Below are positions 12,701-24,945 of a DNA stretch of 64,000 nt, piece after piece. Source of the stretch: Macrostomum lignano (taxonomy: Eukaryota). Where the stretch lies: assembly GCA_002269645.1 (NCBI GenBank), contig NIVC01002969.1:28479-92478 (forward strand), written 5' to 3'. The translations under genes were made by a program, and so were the position numbers. Position 1 is the first letter of the stretch, and each line of letters starts with the position of its first letter. The notes beneath the pieces were generated by a model. The model was not told the DNA's origin. It did no database searches and saw only the letters and a list, made by a program, of their open reading frames with translations.

Positions 12701-15700
12701 AAGAACTGCAACCCGACAGCCCGACATTCCAGACCAGCTTTACTTTATTGCTAATGGCTGGCGACTGAGATGCCCACTCCAGAGCCGTCTGCATCTCCAG
12801 ATTTCCTCGCAATCGAACTCACAGGTTCACAAAGTTACACAGTTCTGTGGCATTCTGTTGGTGCGTGGGTGCGTCTGAGAGCAACTCTGCGATTTTAATT
12901 TGCATAAATTAAGCCTGGCTGCCACCTCAGATTCAAGAGACAAAATGCCATCTTGATACCAGATTGCTCTTCGCCATAAGTCAGCGGATCCTCAGCTGAT
13001 GGCCCATCAGTCAGCGGATCCTCAGCTGATGGTCCATCAGTCAGCGGATCCCAGACAATAGCCAATGAGTTGTTTCCCATATCGCCCAAAGCAAATTCGA
13101 TGAACATCCCGCAGTCGACGGCGGCTGGTCCAGCTGGGGCGAGTTCTCCAGCTGCTCGAGCTCGTGCGGCGACGGCATCGAGATTCGAAACCGGCCCTGC
13201 ACGAACCCGCCTCCCCAGTTCGGCGGGCGGCCTTGTCCGGGGAGCGCCAACGACTCGAGGTCATGCAATCTCAGGCCATGCCCGAGTGAGTGGCTAGGGG
13301 CTTCCCAGCAGTTTAATGGTGGTCGAATATCGGGATTTAATAAAAACTGCACGAGAGACCCGCAGAGACTCGAGATGTCCAATCCCGAACCCCTAAACCT
13401 TCCAGTTGACGGCCAATGGAGCGAGTGGTCCACCTTCTCTGGGTGCAGTCGCAGCTGTGGCTCCGGCAAGCAGTGGCGCGGCCGCCAGTGCGCCAGCCCG
13501 GTCCCGCAGTTTGGCGGTCTCGACTGCCCCGGCGGAGCCAACGAGACCCGCGAGTGCAACACCAACCCTTGTCCAGGTGGGTGCTTCGCGTGGAACCAGT
13601 TTCCTGATCGAAGACTTAAATCCAGAGAAAGTAGAGAGAATCATTCGAGTAAAAGGGTTGACCACGTGTCCATTGGCAAGATAATATGACTTTTAGACTC
13701 TCTCAGCAGCCAGCCTCCCTGCATCCGACGCCATTTTCTTGAACTTCCCTGCAGTGGACGGCGGCTGGTCTGCCTGGTCCGCCTTTGCTGACTGCAGCGT
13801 CACCTGCGGCAACGGCAGCCACAGCCGCCAGCGCAGCTGCAGCAGCCCGGAGCCGCAGTTCGGAGGCCTCAACTGTTCTGGCAAGGCGGTCGAATTCGGC
13901 AACTGTAACCCCCGACCTTGCCCGAGTGAGTGACAGCCGCTGCTCTCCCTGCCAGCCCCACCTGCCCGAGTGAGTGACAGCCGCTGCTCTCCCTGCCAGC
14001 CCCACCTGCCCGAGTGAGTGACAGCCGCTGCTCTCCCTGCCAGCCCCACCTGCCCGAGTGAGTGACAGCCGCTGCTCTCCCTGCCAGCCCCACCTGCCCG
14101 AGTGAGTGACAGCCGCTGCTCTCCCTGCCAGCCCCACCTGCCCGAGTGAGTGACAGCCGCTGCTCTCCCTGCCAGCCCCACCTGCCCGAGTGAGTGACAG
14201 CCGCTGCTCTCCCTGCCCAGCCCCACCTGCCCGAGTGAGTGACAGCCGCTGCTCTCCCTGCCAGCGACAGCGTGAGTGACAGCGGCAGGGGGAGCAGCGG
14301 CTATCACTCACTCGGGCAGGTGGGGCTGGGCAGGGAGAGCAGCGGCTGTCACTCACTCGGGCAGGGTGGGGATGGGTCTGGCTGCTCACTTCTTCATCGT
14401 ACAGCTCACCTCCTCACATATTTGACCTTTTAATTAGCTTTCGAATCGACCAGAATTTATTACGAGCATTGAGTGCATGGTCCGGATGCGCAGTAATTAA
14501 TGAGCCGTGGCAGCACTGGACAACCTATGCACTCGCAATGGCAATTAAATCTCAGTGCTTCAAGCCAAGCCATGCCATGGAACTCTCCCGCAGTTGACGG
14601 AGCCTGGACCAGCTGGTCTGACTACTCGGCCTGCTCGCTCACCTGCGGCAGGGGTCGCCAGTGGAGCCAGCGGAGCTGCAGCGCTCCGGAGCCGCAGTTC
14701 GGCGGGAAAAACTGCCCAGGAAACTCCACCCGCGACCGAGCCTGCCTGGTCACTGAGTGCCCCGTGGACGGCCTCTGGGGATCCTGGGGCGCCTGGGAGA
14801 GCTGCAGCGTCACCTGCGGCAGCGGCACCGCCTGGAGGAGGCGGCACTGCGACTCCCCGGAGCCTCAGTTTGGCGGCAGCCGCTGCAGTGGTGCAGGCAA
14901 CGAGAGCACGCCCTGCCATCCGGAGGACTGCCCCAGTGCGTGCTGCCGCATGGTCTTGCTTCCCATTTCCCCTGTACTCAGCGCATTTGTGCTTGGGCCA
15001 TTTTCGCCTATTCCCCGCCCCCTGGTTTGTCAATTCAGCTTCACCTTGTAGACGCCGTCACCCGTTCACAGTCATCCCGCCGTTTCTTCCATATTATTTT
15101 TTTCAATTCTCCGTCATCGCCCAAATTTCAGTAAACGGCGGCTGGTCGCCCTGGTCGGAATTCACCGCCTGCTCCAGGTCTTGCGGGGGCGGCCAGCGCA
15201 GCCGCACTCGGCGGTGCGACTCCCCGCCGCCCCACGCCGGCGGCGCTGACTGCGTTGGCAGCGGAAGTGACGTCCAGGACTGCGGCACGGACCCTTGCCC
15301 AGGTCTGGCTTGTCTCCTACAAGACTATGCGATATGAGTTATGACCCCGCTGCCAACTATAGCAAGATTTTCCATCTATATTAAGCTGTTGCGTTTGTGT
15401 ACGGTTGGGTTGCCAGACAGAAGAATGCCTGCAGGGCCATAGACTTCAGCAGGGGTGTAGCCAGTGAGACAAGGGTGCCGCTGATAAAACTCATGTCACC
15501 CCTTCGCAACTGATTTGGAGCCCATTCACGTCAGTTGTGGTGTCCCCTACCTGCTGATTTGGCCCCCTCACAGAAGGTGAGCCCTTGGTGCCCCTTGATG
15601 CTGGCGCCCCCTTGGTGCTAGAGCCCGTTGTTGATGGTGCTTTAGTGTCTCTGGGAGTATTTTGACCGGGTTGAAATTGCTGTCGCCAAACCGATTGAGG

Positions 15701-18700
15701 TGTATCGTCCTTCCTGTCTCGTTTTTGTTTCTGGTCTGGAAAAAGCGCAAACTTGAAATCATGAGATGCTGAAGAGAATTCACAGATGCATTTTTTATAT
15801 CCGCCCTCACCCCAGTGAACGGAGGCTGGGCGCAGTGGAGCGCCTGGGGCAGCTGCTCCAGGAGCTGCGGCTCTGGCCTGGTGCAGCGCAGCCGCGGCTG
15901 CACCAACCCTGTGCCCGAATTTGGGGGCGACGACTGCGCTGGCGAGGCTGTCCAATCCACCGCCTGCGACATCCCCGCCTGCCCCGGTGAGGCCCGCCCT
16001 GCCCCCAAACACCGCCTGCGACATCCCCGTCTGCCCCGGTGAGGCCCGCCCTGCCCCCAAACACCACCTGCGACATCCCCGTCTGCCCCGGTGAGGCCCT
16101 CCCTGCTCTCTACCGGGTACTGCTCAGGATGACCCCTCAGCTCCCAGCTGACTTTTAAAGCTGATTAATCGGGTCGTCAGGCTGTTTAACGGCTCTGCAG
16201 CCCCGACCCACGAAGCCTCCCGAGAGTCAAAAAGTCACTGGAATCACAGAAATTCATGAGTTTTTTGTTCCATCTTTTTGTTAACTAGTTTGTTTCTTGA
16301 TATTCTGTTTGACCTTTTCGTTCGCAAAGATTTACCTGTCTGCCAATCTGCCTTAAAAGCGAAGTGTAACTGAGCCGCCTGCCAATTCAATTCCATTCCC
16401 AATTCAATTCCAGTGAACGGAGGCTGGGGGGCATGGGGCCAGTGGGGCGACTGCAGCCTTAGCTGCGGTGGCGGCAACCAGCTGCGCTCTCGTCAGTGCG
16501 ACTCGCCGAGACCGCAAAACGGCGGAGGAGCCTGCGTTGGCACCGCCAGTGACGGCAGGCAGTGCAACACGGACCCCTGCCCCAGTGAGTGCCCTCGTTT
16601 GTCCACACAAATTACTCATGTCTTCAGCACCACTCGACTGACTTCGGGCTTTCAACTTAGAGTTTTACCTGAAAGCAAGTCACACAGACATCCGCCCTCT
16701 CCGACTGCAGTTGACGGTGGCTGGTCAGCCTGGAGCGAGTGGTCCGGCTGCTCCACCAGCTGCGGTACCGGCAAGTCGACCAGGCAGCGCGGCTGCTCGA
16801 GCCCTGTGCCGCAGTTTGGCGGCCGGGGCTGCTCAGGCAGCGGCTCAGACATTCGCGACTGCCAACAAGGGCCCTGTCCAGGTGCGTTTCCTTGACCACT
16901 GACGTGACTTGGTCTTTCATGAATATATCTATGTATGAAAATATTGTGGCATGGAATCGCTTCCGATTTTATGTGCTCATCAACAGTGCACGGAGGCTGG
17001 AGCGAGTGGACCGAGTTCTCGAACTGCTCCGTAACCTGCGGCAATGGAACCCGTAGCCGGAGCCGCAGCTGCAGCAGCCCGGCCCCCCAGTACGGTGGCC
17101 GCTTTTGCCTGCCCTGCACCGCAAACCTTACCTATCCGGAGTCTGCCGACAACGCCTCTGTCTCTTTGGCAACTGTTGTCAAGGACTACGTGAGCGTTGA
17201 GGACAATTGCTCCTACAAGGGAAACTACTATGAGGTGGACGGCGATCTCATAATTTGGGACGATGACGTTCAGTACGCGAACTGCAGCATGGAGCCCTGC
17301 ATATGTGAGTCACCCCATCGTAGTTCCTTTGGTCTCCCTATAAATTAGCGATAGCACATTTACTTCGCAACTCAACCCTCTCAATACGCAGCGACCCTTG
17401 CTGACAAGGCCAACAGTTTCGTTGACGAATTCCTCAAAGGCCTGAACAACTCAGGGACCAACAAATCCGTAAGTGCAGGAGAGCCCCTAGTTGCAATTTC
17501 GCTCAATTACTTTGCACCTATTTTGTAATTGCGGCTGCATCTTCTCTCTACGCTGGCCCGCAGGACTCGGAGTCTATGAAGGCCGCACAGGAGATGGTGA
17601 ACAAGATTACAAACCTGTTGGCAGATCAGCTGAAGAACGCGGAGGTGGGTAAGCCTGTGATGATCGACGCCAAGGGCGTCTCCGTCGGCGTGTCGAAGGT
17701 GAACTCGTCCAACATGGCGGGCTCCGAGATGAAGTCCGGTGACAAGGGCGGCATCGTGCTGGGCGACGCAGAAGATACCGGGGTCGACGGCCAGGACGCC
17801 AGTCTGAAGTTCTCAGCCCTGGACCCAAAGACCTTCTTCCCGGGCGCCGACAAGAAGGACCAGTCCGCGGCAGTTGTTTCCCTCAACCTGGCCCAGGGAA
17901 CTGAAGTGAGTTGGGCTTTTCCCGGCCATCAGTGCTGAGCCAGAACCCAAAATGTCTCCTGGAAATCTGATTCATTTCATTATGGCAATTGATTTTAGGT
18001 GGTGAAGCCAAGCAACGCCTCAAAGGTGTCGCTAACGCTATCGCTGCCCAACCAGAACCAGGAGACCACCGAGAACCTGCTGCAGCCGGTGGCCATGAAG
18101 CGTGGCAAGCGGATGGTGCAGAAGTTCACGTTCGAGGCGGCGAACACTGCCATCAAGGTATGAGCAGCAGCGAGCCTCACTGCATTGTCTGAAAAATCGT
18201 GCTGTGAGACAGTGCGCAGAAAAGTTAGCTGAGCTCCGATGAAGAAATGAAGAAAAACCGAAAGCTCAGAGAAAAGCCGGGATGCATTAGCGGGACCTTT
18301 CAATGAATTTGCCGCCCCGCCCCTCAGGCGTCACTGGAGCTGCCATCTTCGGACTCCTACCTGATGATGTTCCGAGGCGGCGTCCCGGCCAACTTCAGCA
18401 AGCAGGCGAACTTTACGGCTTGGGTGCACTCAAACGAAACCATGAAGATCGAGACGGACGGCAGCCTGGAGGTCCGGCTGAAGTTCGACACCGCCTTGGC
18501 GGCTGCTCGGCGGCGACGGCGACGCGAGACAGCCTCGCCGGAGAAGCCACTGACGCTGAGCGTGTTCATCCCCGGTGGCCAGATGGCGGCGGGCAGCGCC
18601 GTTTTCATGTCGCTGGAGCTCGCGGACAACGGGACGGCGGCGGCAGCCTCCGGCAGCAACGTGACGACGGAGTCGGCCAACATGAGCCTGACGGTGGGGG

Positions 18701-21700
18701 TGGCGTCCATTACGCCGAGGGCGTGGAGCGACCTGCTGGGAGGCTGGGTGGACACGGACGCAGAGGTGGCGGAGGAGTCCAGCATCGAAAAGATGGTGTT
18801 CAAGAGCAACTTCTTCGGCTCGTACTCGGGCAAGATGTTCATCGCGCCCAACACCATCAATTTTGCCACCGTTTTCAACAACTTCGCGGGCAAGCTGGCT
18901 GAGAACTTTGTCACGCTGTTGGTGCTGTGTCTCATCATAGGCATCTACGTGGTCGTCTCCGTCTGGATGTGGCGACTGGACCGACAGGAGGCTGCCAATG
19001 TAAGTGCCAGCAGGCTGGGACTACGGCAAATTTGGATTACTTGCCACTGGGTCTCCGCATGTATAGGCCTTATTAGGCAGTGTCGGTGTTACGTTGAACA
19101 TATGTGGTACAGTCACACAGTATAAATTCCCTTAAGCTGTGCACAAAGGCTGCCTGAGCAATAATAAAGATCTAAGGATGATTTGGATTGCCAGAGTGAG
19201 CTAAGGGGACAGTGGCTAAGTGTTCTATTAACATATTTATTTGAGAGTTAACGCAAGCGCTAGTTTCTCTGAGATGGAAGAGTTTTGTTTTTACTGCAAA
19301 ATTTATACTTTTTATTTCGAGGCTATGAGCTAAGTAGCCGATCTTTGTACACACTGCATGCTTCAACAAATGGAATGATTGGCACAGCATGCGGTCTCAA
19401 CCCAATCCACTCACTCAGCTGCGGTATGAGCCCCTGGAGGACAACGAGTTCGACAATGACTACACCTTCATCATCAGCGTGTACACCGGGGACGAGTCCG
19501 GCGCCGACACCACCTCGAATGTGTTCATCAACCTTGCGGGCACCTGGGGCTCTTCTGGCCCCAGCCAGCTGTCTGACGGAGTGCGCCAGAACTTCTCCCG
19601 CGGCTCCGTCTGCAACTTCGCAATGACCACCAGGGCTCCTCTCGGCGAGTTGCGCGGCCTGAAGGTCTGGCACGACAACAGCGGCAAAAAGCCGGGCTGG
19701 TTCCTGGAGAAGATACTCATCGAGGACCTGCAGACCAAGAAGAAGTGAGTTTCTTCTTGTCTTTCTTCCTGTCTAGCTCGTGTTCAGCATGTCCGCCCTT
19801 TTGCCGCTTGGCTGGTTTGTTGCTTTTACATGTAACACTGTGTGGTGGCTTTCAAACTGGATCATCGTTTCAGATGTATCTGTATATGCTCATATTAGTC
19901 ATGAGTCTCTCCTCGGAACACTGCGATTCCGGTGGAGGTTCATAGTTTTCGAGGAATGCACAGGAACCCACTAAATGCCCACGAATTTCACTATTTCAGG
20001 AAACTTCACATCTTTAAAATGCTGGCCTATTTTCATAACCCTTAATTCTGGGCATATCAGGGTGTAAAGAAAGCAAAATTAGGGATAGAATTAGGGATAG
20101 AAGATGGAAAAATTTATTTGAATAGTACAAAGCCTAGCGATTTTTACGCCTTCCACTAAATTCATTGCTAAGTCTACGACAATGCGACAATTTAGCCAAT
20201 TTAGCACAAGACGTTCAATCTTGTGCTGAACACAGTCTGAATCTGCAAATTCCTTGCCCAAACTCACCTGCAGCTATGTCTTCATGTGCGATCAGTGGCT
20301 GGCTGAAAACAAGTTTGACAGCCGTACCATGCGGGTGCTGCCCGAGGTGAAGCAGGACCAGCGCTTCCAGGAGATGATGCTGCGGTACAAGGCGGGCGGG
20401 GTGGTCAACAAGCACGTGATCACGGCGCTTTTCCGCAAGACCGGCCAGTCTAACTACTCCCGGCTGCAGCGCACAGGTGTGGCCAACGCCATGTTCTTCC
20501 TCACAATGGTGTGCAATGCCATGTGGTACGGCAAGGGAGACGACCTGGATGCCGAGGCTAACTTCAGCATCGACCTCGGCCCGATTTCGGTCACCTGGTT
20601 CCAGCTGTACTCTGGCATTCTCTCCATGGCCATCACCTACCCCTGCATCTTCGCGGCGGCTGAAATCTTCCGCCGAACAAAGAAATGGCAGCGTCGCTGG
20701 AGCGAGGACGATGTGGAGAGCAAGAAGAAGGAAATTCGGCTGCCCAAGGGCTTCCTGGTCATCGGCTGGGGCCTCCTGCTCCTGGGCGTAGGGCTGAGTT
20801 TCTTCTTCACCTTCCTTTACAGCATCGAATGGGGCAAGGAAAAGGCCAACGGCTGGCTCAAGAGCTTCTTCCTGGGAATCCTGCAGTTGGTGGTGGTCAC
20901 AGATCCCATCTGCCTGCTTATCGTGTTCGTCGTGGCCAAGAAGATCTTCGGCCAGAAAGAGTCGGAGGAAAACGTCTTCGAGCTGGATGATCTCATTAAT
21001 GATGATCTCAAGCAGGTGAGGAGCCGAAACGATATGTTAATTGGTGGTAGTTATAGATAATTTAGTTCCGTATCTCTATTCTTGTAGCTATCTTTGAAAA
21101 GCTACAGCAATAAATGCTATTTGATGTATCTTCCTTCATGCGGCATTTGTCTGTCCTCGCTCCGATCACAACAGTTGCTGCCATCTAAATGGTGCTTCCA
21201 CAACTCATGCCACACCTTACACACTTTCAGGTCCTGGATGGCACTGAATACGCTCCCCCGGACCCGACTCGGATGGAGGAAATCCGAGCTGAGCGCCGAA
21301 ACAACCAGAAGATGTCGCAGACATTCACGGACGTGATGTCCTATGTGGTGTACATGTTCCTCCTCGTCGCTCTGGCTTACGACTCACGTGACCAGGTCAG
21401 CTTCCGCCAGAACCAAAACTTAAAAGACCAATTCCTCACGGCCGCGCCAACCCGGTTCAATGACTTTAAGCACGTTTTCGACTGGCTGAATGGCAGCATC
21501 GTGCCCAGACTGTACCGAACCACCGAATACAACGGCGAACCACTCACTGGAGACCTCAAAGATGCGATCGACACGTGTGACTGCATCAAGCAGGGACCAT
21601 TCAGGCTGAGGCAGCTGAGGGTCAATCCACGTGAGTCTAGGCTTTCCTAGTTGAAAATATTTGGGACTTATAGGATCCACTGCTTCTGGGGTTGCCACTG

Positions 21701-24700
21701 GATGGATTTAGCAGGTGGCTGCAGCAACCAGCCCTATCTCCCACAGGCAAGTGCCCGGTAACGTGGCCGTTCAAGGCGTACCCCAGAAATCGTGGATCTG
21801 CTCATCGGACTTCTCTCCCCAAGCGGCGGACCAGGCGGTTTACCGTCCGCTGTGGCTGCCCGACAGCAACGGCTGGGTGCGGAATGCGTCATTGCAAATG
21901 CGGGCAAAGTCGCAGATCAAGCGAATGCGGCCGGATGAAATCGTTCTACAAGCCTTTTGGTACCGTAGCGCTGACTCCATGATGAGCTTCCCGTTCGAGG
22001 GCGCCTTCACAACCTACCCGGGTGATGGCTATGCAGCCACGCTCGGGCTCAACAGTGCTGAGGCCATGTGAGTCCCAAACTCAAACGCTCACGCTGCTGA
22101 ACGCTGTAGTTTTGTGAAAAGTGGCGGTGTGAAAAACTTGCAAAAAAGAAGCATATTCTCCCTGGTTTGAAGCGAAATGCATACAAACGCCTTAAAACTT
22201 TTTTCGTTTTTTTCCTATCGTGGACCCACAGGTGGATCATCAACCGGCTGCGGGCCACCAACTGGTTGGACGAGAAGACTCGAGCCATGTTCCTGGAGGG
22301 CACGGTGTACAACGCCAACACCAACCTGTTCACCACCATACAGATCCTGTTGGAGTTCCCGGCCGCAGGCGGAATTCTCACCTACAAGAACGGAGTCCGC
22401 ACCTACCGCCTGTACAACTACACCGGCGGCAAAGGCATCATCCTCATGGCCATGCAGGGCCTGTTCGCCCTCATCTGCCTGTACCAGATCTATCGGGAGA
22501 CGCGCAGCCTTCTCACGCTACGACTCAAGTACTTCGATGACCTGTGGAACAAGATCGAGTTCGTTAACATCCTGCTGTGCATCACAATCATGATCACGTA
22601 CGGCATCCGCATCAAAATCACCATCGACTCCATCGAGCTGATGATGAACAATAGGGGTGAGGGGCGGTGCTCGATTTAGTGAATTTGTTGTGAATTCTAT
22701 TCCTGGCTGCGTGGCGTTTAAACTTTTTGTTTTGCTAGGCGGAAAAACACGCTGTTGTCACAATAACTCAACAGAAGTTCTAAAACAGCACAATTCCATC
22801 CCTTCAGCATGCTGTTGTTTCCCTGCGTCCCTTCAGTCCTCAGTTTAAGTTGTTGCCGTGTTTCATACACTAGTGCTTGGGAAAAAATGCTGGAGAACAA
22901 CAGACAGCTGTATTAATTCCCTTTCCCACAGGAATGTACGTGGCTTTCGACAACGTTATTGAGTGGGTAGAGGCAACATGCGTGGCCATGGCTCTAAGTG
23001 TGTTCCTCACGATCTTCCGGGTGCTGAAGTTCTTGGGCTTCAACAAGCACATCGCCATCCTGCTCGCCACCGTGAAGCAGTGCGCCCGCCAGTTGTCCTC
23101 GTTCGGCGTCGCCTTCGTGCTGATCATGGCGGCCTTCCTGTCGGCTGGCACGATCCTGTTCTCGTTCACCGAGGCCAGCTTTGCCTCCGTGCTGTCCAGC
23201 TGCCGTTCGCTCTTCACTACCGCACTCGGCATTCAGGGTTACACGCAGATCTTCGTCAACAGCCAGGGCACGACTGCCAGCCTCATCTTTTTTGGCGGCT
23301 GGTCTTGCCTGGCGGTCTTTTTTCTGGTGTCAGTCTTCGTGTCCATCCTCACCGACACCTACAGCGTCGTGGTCAGCGACGGCCTCTATAGCTACGATGA
23401 GGAGTTTGTCAACCACATGTGGAGCAAGTGAGCAAAGTGGTCAAGTGCACCTACTCCCGAATGTGTTAAGTGTAGTTGGTAGGAACTGGTCTTCGAAGAG
23501 TTTTGGAGCACATGGAATGTTGTACGCTGGTGGTGTTCATGGATTAGTCCGGTCCATGTGTTAGTGTGCTATGCACTGGTCTGGCGTATTTGCGTGCCAA
23601 TCTGTTGGGGCTTTAACTACATACTTACAGCATGTGTCGCTAGGCTAACCAGCCTTGATCATTCATTTACCTCATATTGGAATCCAAAATGCACTATGCT
23701 GCAAAATCATGCTTTCGAAACTACAGATTTATGGGTACTATGGCCAGCATTACGTCAAAGAAGGACGCGCTGGGCGAGGCGCTGCAGAAGAGTGTCAGCG
23801 CTGTCAAGCGTCGAATGGGTGAGCCTAAGTTCAAGGATCAGATGCATAACAATCCGTTGCTTTCACTGCTGCTAATTTCTTTTCGCAGTGACGGAGGAAG
23901 ACATCGAGATTCAGCTTAATGAGGACCGGCGCCAGGAGTCCGTTGGCGGGGCCGAGGAGAGCTCTGGCGGCAAAAAGGCAAAAGACAGTAAGCCTTGCTC
24001 AGTTCTTGGAGCCGGAGACTACTCGTATTTATGGATGTACTAATTAGACATAGCTCGTAAAAGTATCTCCAGCACAGCATGTTAAAAGTTCGCGTTTGCG
24101 GGTTCGCTCAAATTAGCAAGTATCCACAGAATGACACGTGCAAACATATAAAAAGTGCTCTCGAACATAAAGAGCATGTAACCCTACATCTCCCCTTCTC
24201 CCCTGGCCCGCAGTCAACCCCGGGCTCAAGATGAAGCTAGCGGTGGTAAACAGGGACAAGCCGGAGACCGGAGAAAGCTACGTCTGGACGCCCAAAGAGA
24301 CGGGAGACGAGGTGCTCGTTGACGCCGGCGAGCTGAGCGCCGTTGCCACAGAGGACGCGGAGCCGGACTGGATCCCCAGGTTCAAGTCAACCGCACTGGA
24401 CTTGCAGCCGCCAGGACTTGACGACAGCGGGGCGTCGGCTTTCCGCTTTGACCCGCTGGGCGACAGCGCCAGGTCTGGCCTGCACCTTCTGCCGTCGAAG
24501 CCTTCCGCATTGCCACCACTGCAGGTGAGTTGCTTTGGTGTGCAAAAAGATAGCGATCAGAGTCAATTACAGCTTCGAGCGCGTCCATGAGTGAATCCTT
24601 AGCTCAGTGGCAAGGACTCAGAACCGGCCGTCCTGGCATTTCGCGTTTAAATCTTACTATTAGACAAACTTACGCTCGTAAAAGCTCACAATAAGGTTTT

Positions 24701-24945
24701 AGGAGAATGAATTTGGGTGCTTCTCTGGATGATTAAAATACTTTAGCATATTCGTACTACATTTATCCCAAAATTGCACTGTAGCTAAAAGTTCAGTAAC
24801 TGATCAAACTTGAATTTGCTCATGCGCTCTGTCTCGACAGGCTGATGAAAAAAAGGCGAAAAAGAAATCCAAGAAGGACAAGCGGCAGCCTGGCTCAGGC
24901 TCTGGTACTGATGAGACGCCGAAGCAGCTAGACTCGGAGATTTAA
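6734..24945 (+). CDS. Polycystin-1-like (PKD1L-type) receptor/channel, 30 exons, ~2450 aa: signal peptide, PLAT, 13 TSP1, GAIN/GPS-like region, TM1, PLAT, PKD channel; one apparent 1-bp frameshift
   Basis: Exons 6734-6812 ([22 protein letters not shown]), 7629-7779, 8048-8144, 8426-8507, 9010-9186, 10602-10772, 11073-11243, 13115-13285, 13406-13576, 13755-13925, 14594-14935, 15132-15302, 15816-15986, 16414-16584, 16711-16881, 16987-17304, 17392-17468, 17564-17905, 17999-18157, 18328-18999, 19419-19744, 20274-21015, 21231-21630, 21747-22067, 22232-22656, 22932-23427, 23727-23818, 23889-23987, 24214-24524, 24841-24945. Motifs: WSxWSxCSxSCG (TSP1); FIAPNTINF then TM; [10 protein letters not shown]...TTSNVFI...VWHDNSG...WFLEKI (PLAT); YSRLQR; FRLRQLRV; [23 protein letters not shown] (PKD channel). 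Phases consistent except exon 24. Confidence 0.9.
6943..7309. repeat. 38-bp minisatellite (~10 copies), PKD intron 1
   Basis: Unit gaactaagtgccagagtcttgaactagctctaactctc. Confidence 0.95.
7307..7400 (+). mobile_element. Degenerate mariner-type transposase fragment
   Basis: EWRQPES followed, after a frameshift, by [15 protein letters not shown], resembling mariner EWRxPxSP...KSKVKVMLIVFFDxRG around the first catalytic Asp. No TIRs seen. Confidence 0.55.
7760..8015 (+). repeat. 62-65-bp repeat x4 spanning a PKD exon 2 donor
   Basis: agcatgttcacaccgggaaa|GTGAG... repeated; donors at 7780, 7842, 7906, 7971. Confidence 0.9.
8508..8955 (+). repeat. ~55-bp minisatellite (~8 copies) starting at the PKD exon 4 donor
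   Basis: Each unit begins GTGAGCA (gtgagcactgacactgtgctgtcctgctccatgctatgacattcccatgacccat). Confidence 0.9.
9454..9515 (+). pseudogene. trnW: Mitochondrial-type tRNA-Trp(TCA) copy (NUMT)
   Basis: Cloverleaf: acceptor aattttt/aaaaatt, D arm ggtt/gacc, anticodon stem ttaat/attaa with loop tttcaaa (TCA at 9484-9486), short T arm act/agt. A UCA anticodon and truncated arms are typical of animal mt-tRNA-Trp. Confidence 0.8.
9516..9574 (+). pseudogene. trnT: Mitochondrial-type tRNA-Thr(TGT) copy (NUMT)
   Basis: Acceptor gctttta/tagagac (one mismatch), D arm gttt/aaat, anticodon stem ttaat/gttaa with loop tttgtaa (TGT at 9545-9547), minimal T arm; directly abuts the trnW copy. Confidence 0.7.
11654..12639. 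repeat. 71-bp minisatellite (~14 copies), PKD intron
   Basis: Unit tccatgatctgctggccctcaatgtggactgcagcttcagtagctctggcacaaatcctcaagcaattctg. Confidence 0.95.
13917..14370. repeat. 44-bp repeat x8 spanning a TSP1 exon donor, followed by ~2 inverted copies
   Basis: cctgcccga|GTGAGTgacagccgctgctctccctgccagcccca; donors at 13926, 13970, 14014, 14058, 14102, 14146, 14190, 14235; reverse-complement copies at ~14284-14370. Confidence 0.93.
15959..16097 (+). repeat. 52-bp repeat x3 spanning a TSP1 exon donor
   Basis: accgcctgcgacatccccgcctgccccg|GTGAGG...; donors at 15987, 16039, 16091. Confidence 0.9.

Noticed and set aside
15448-15625. caggggtgtagcc...ggcgcccc element as a MITE
   Set aside because: No convincing matching right terminus or TSD.
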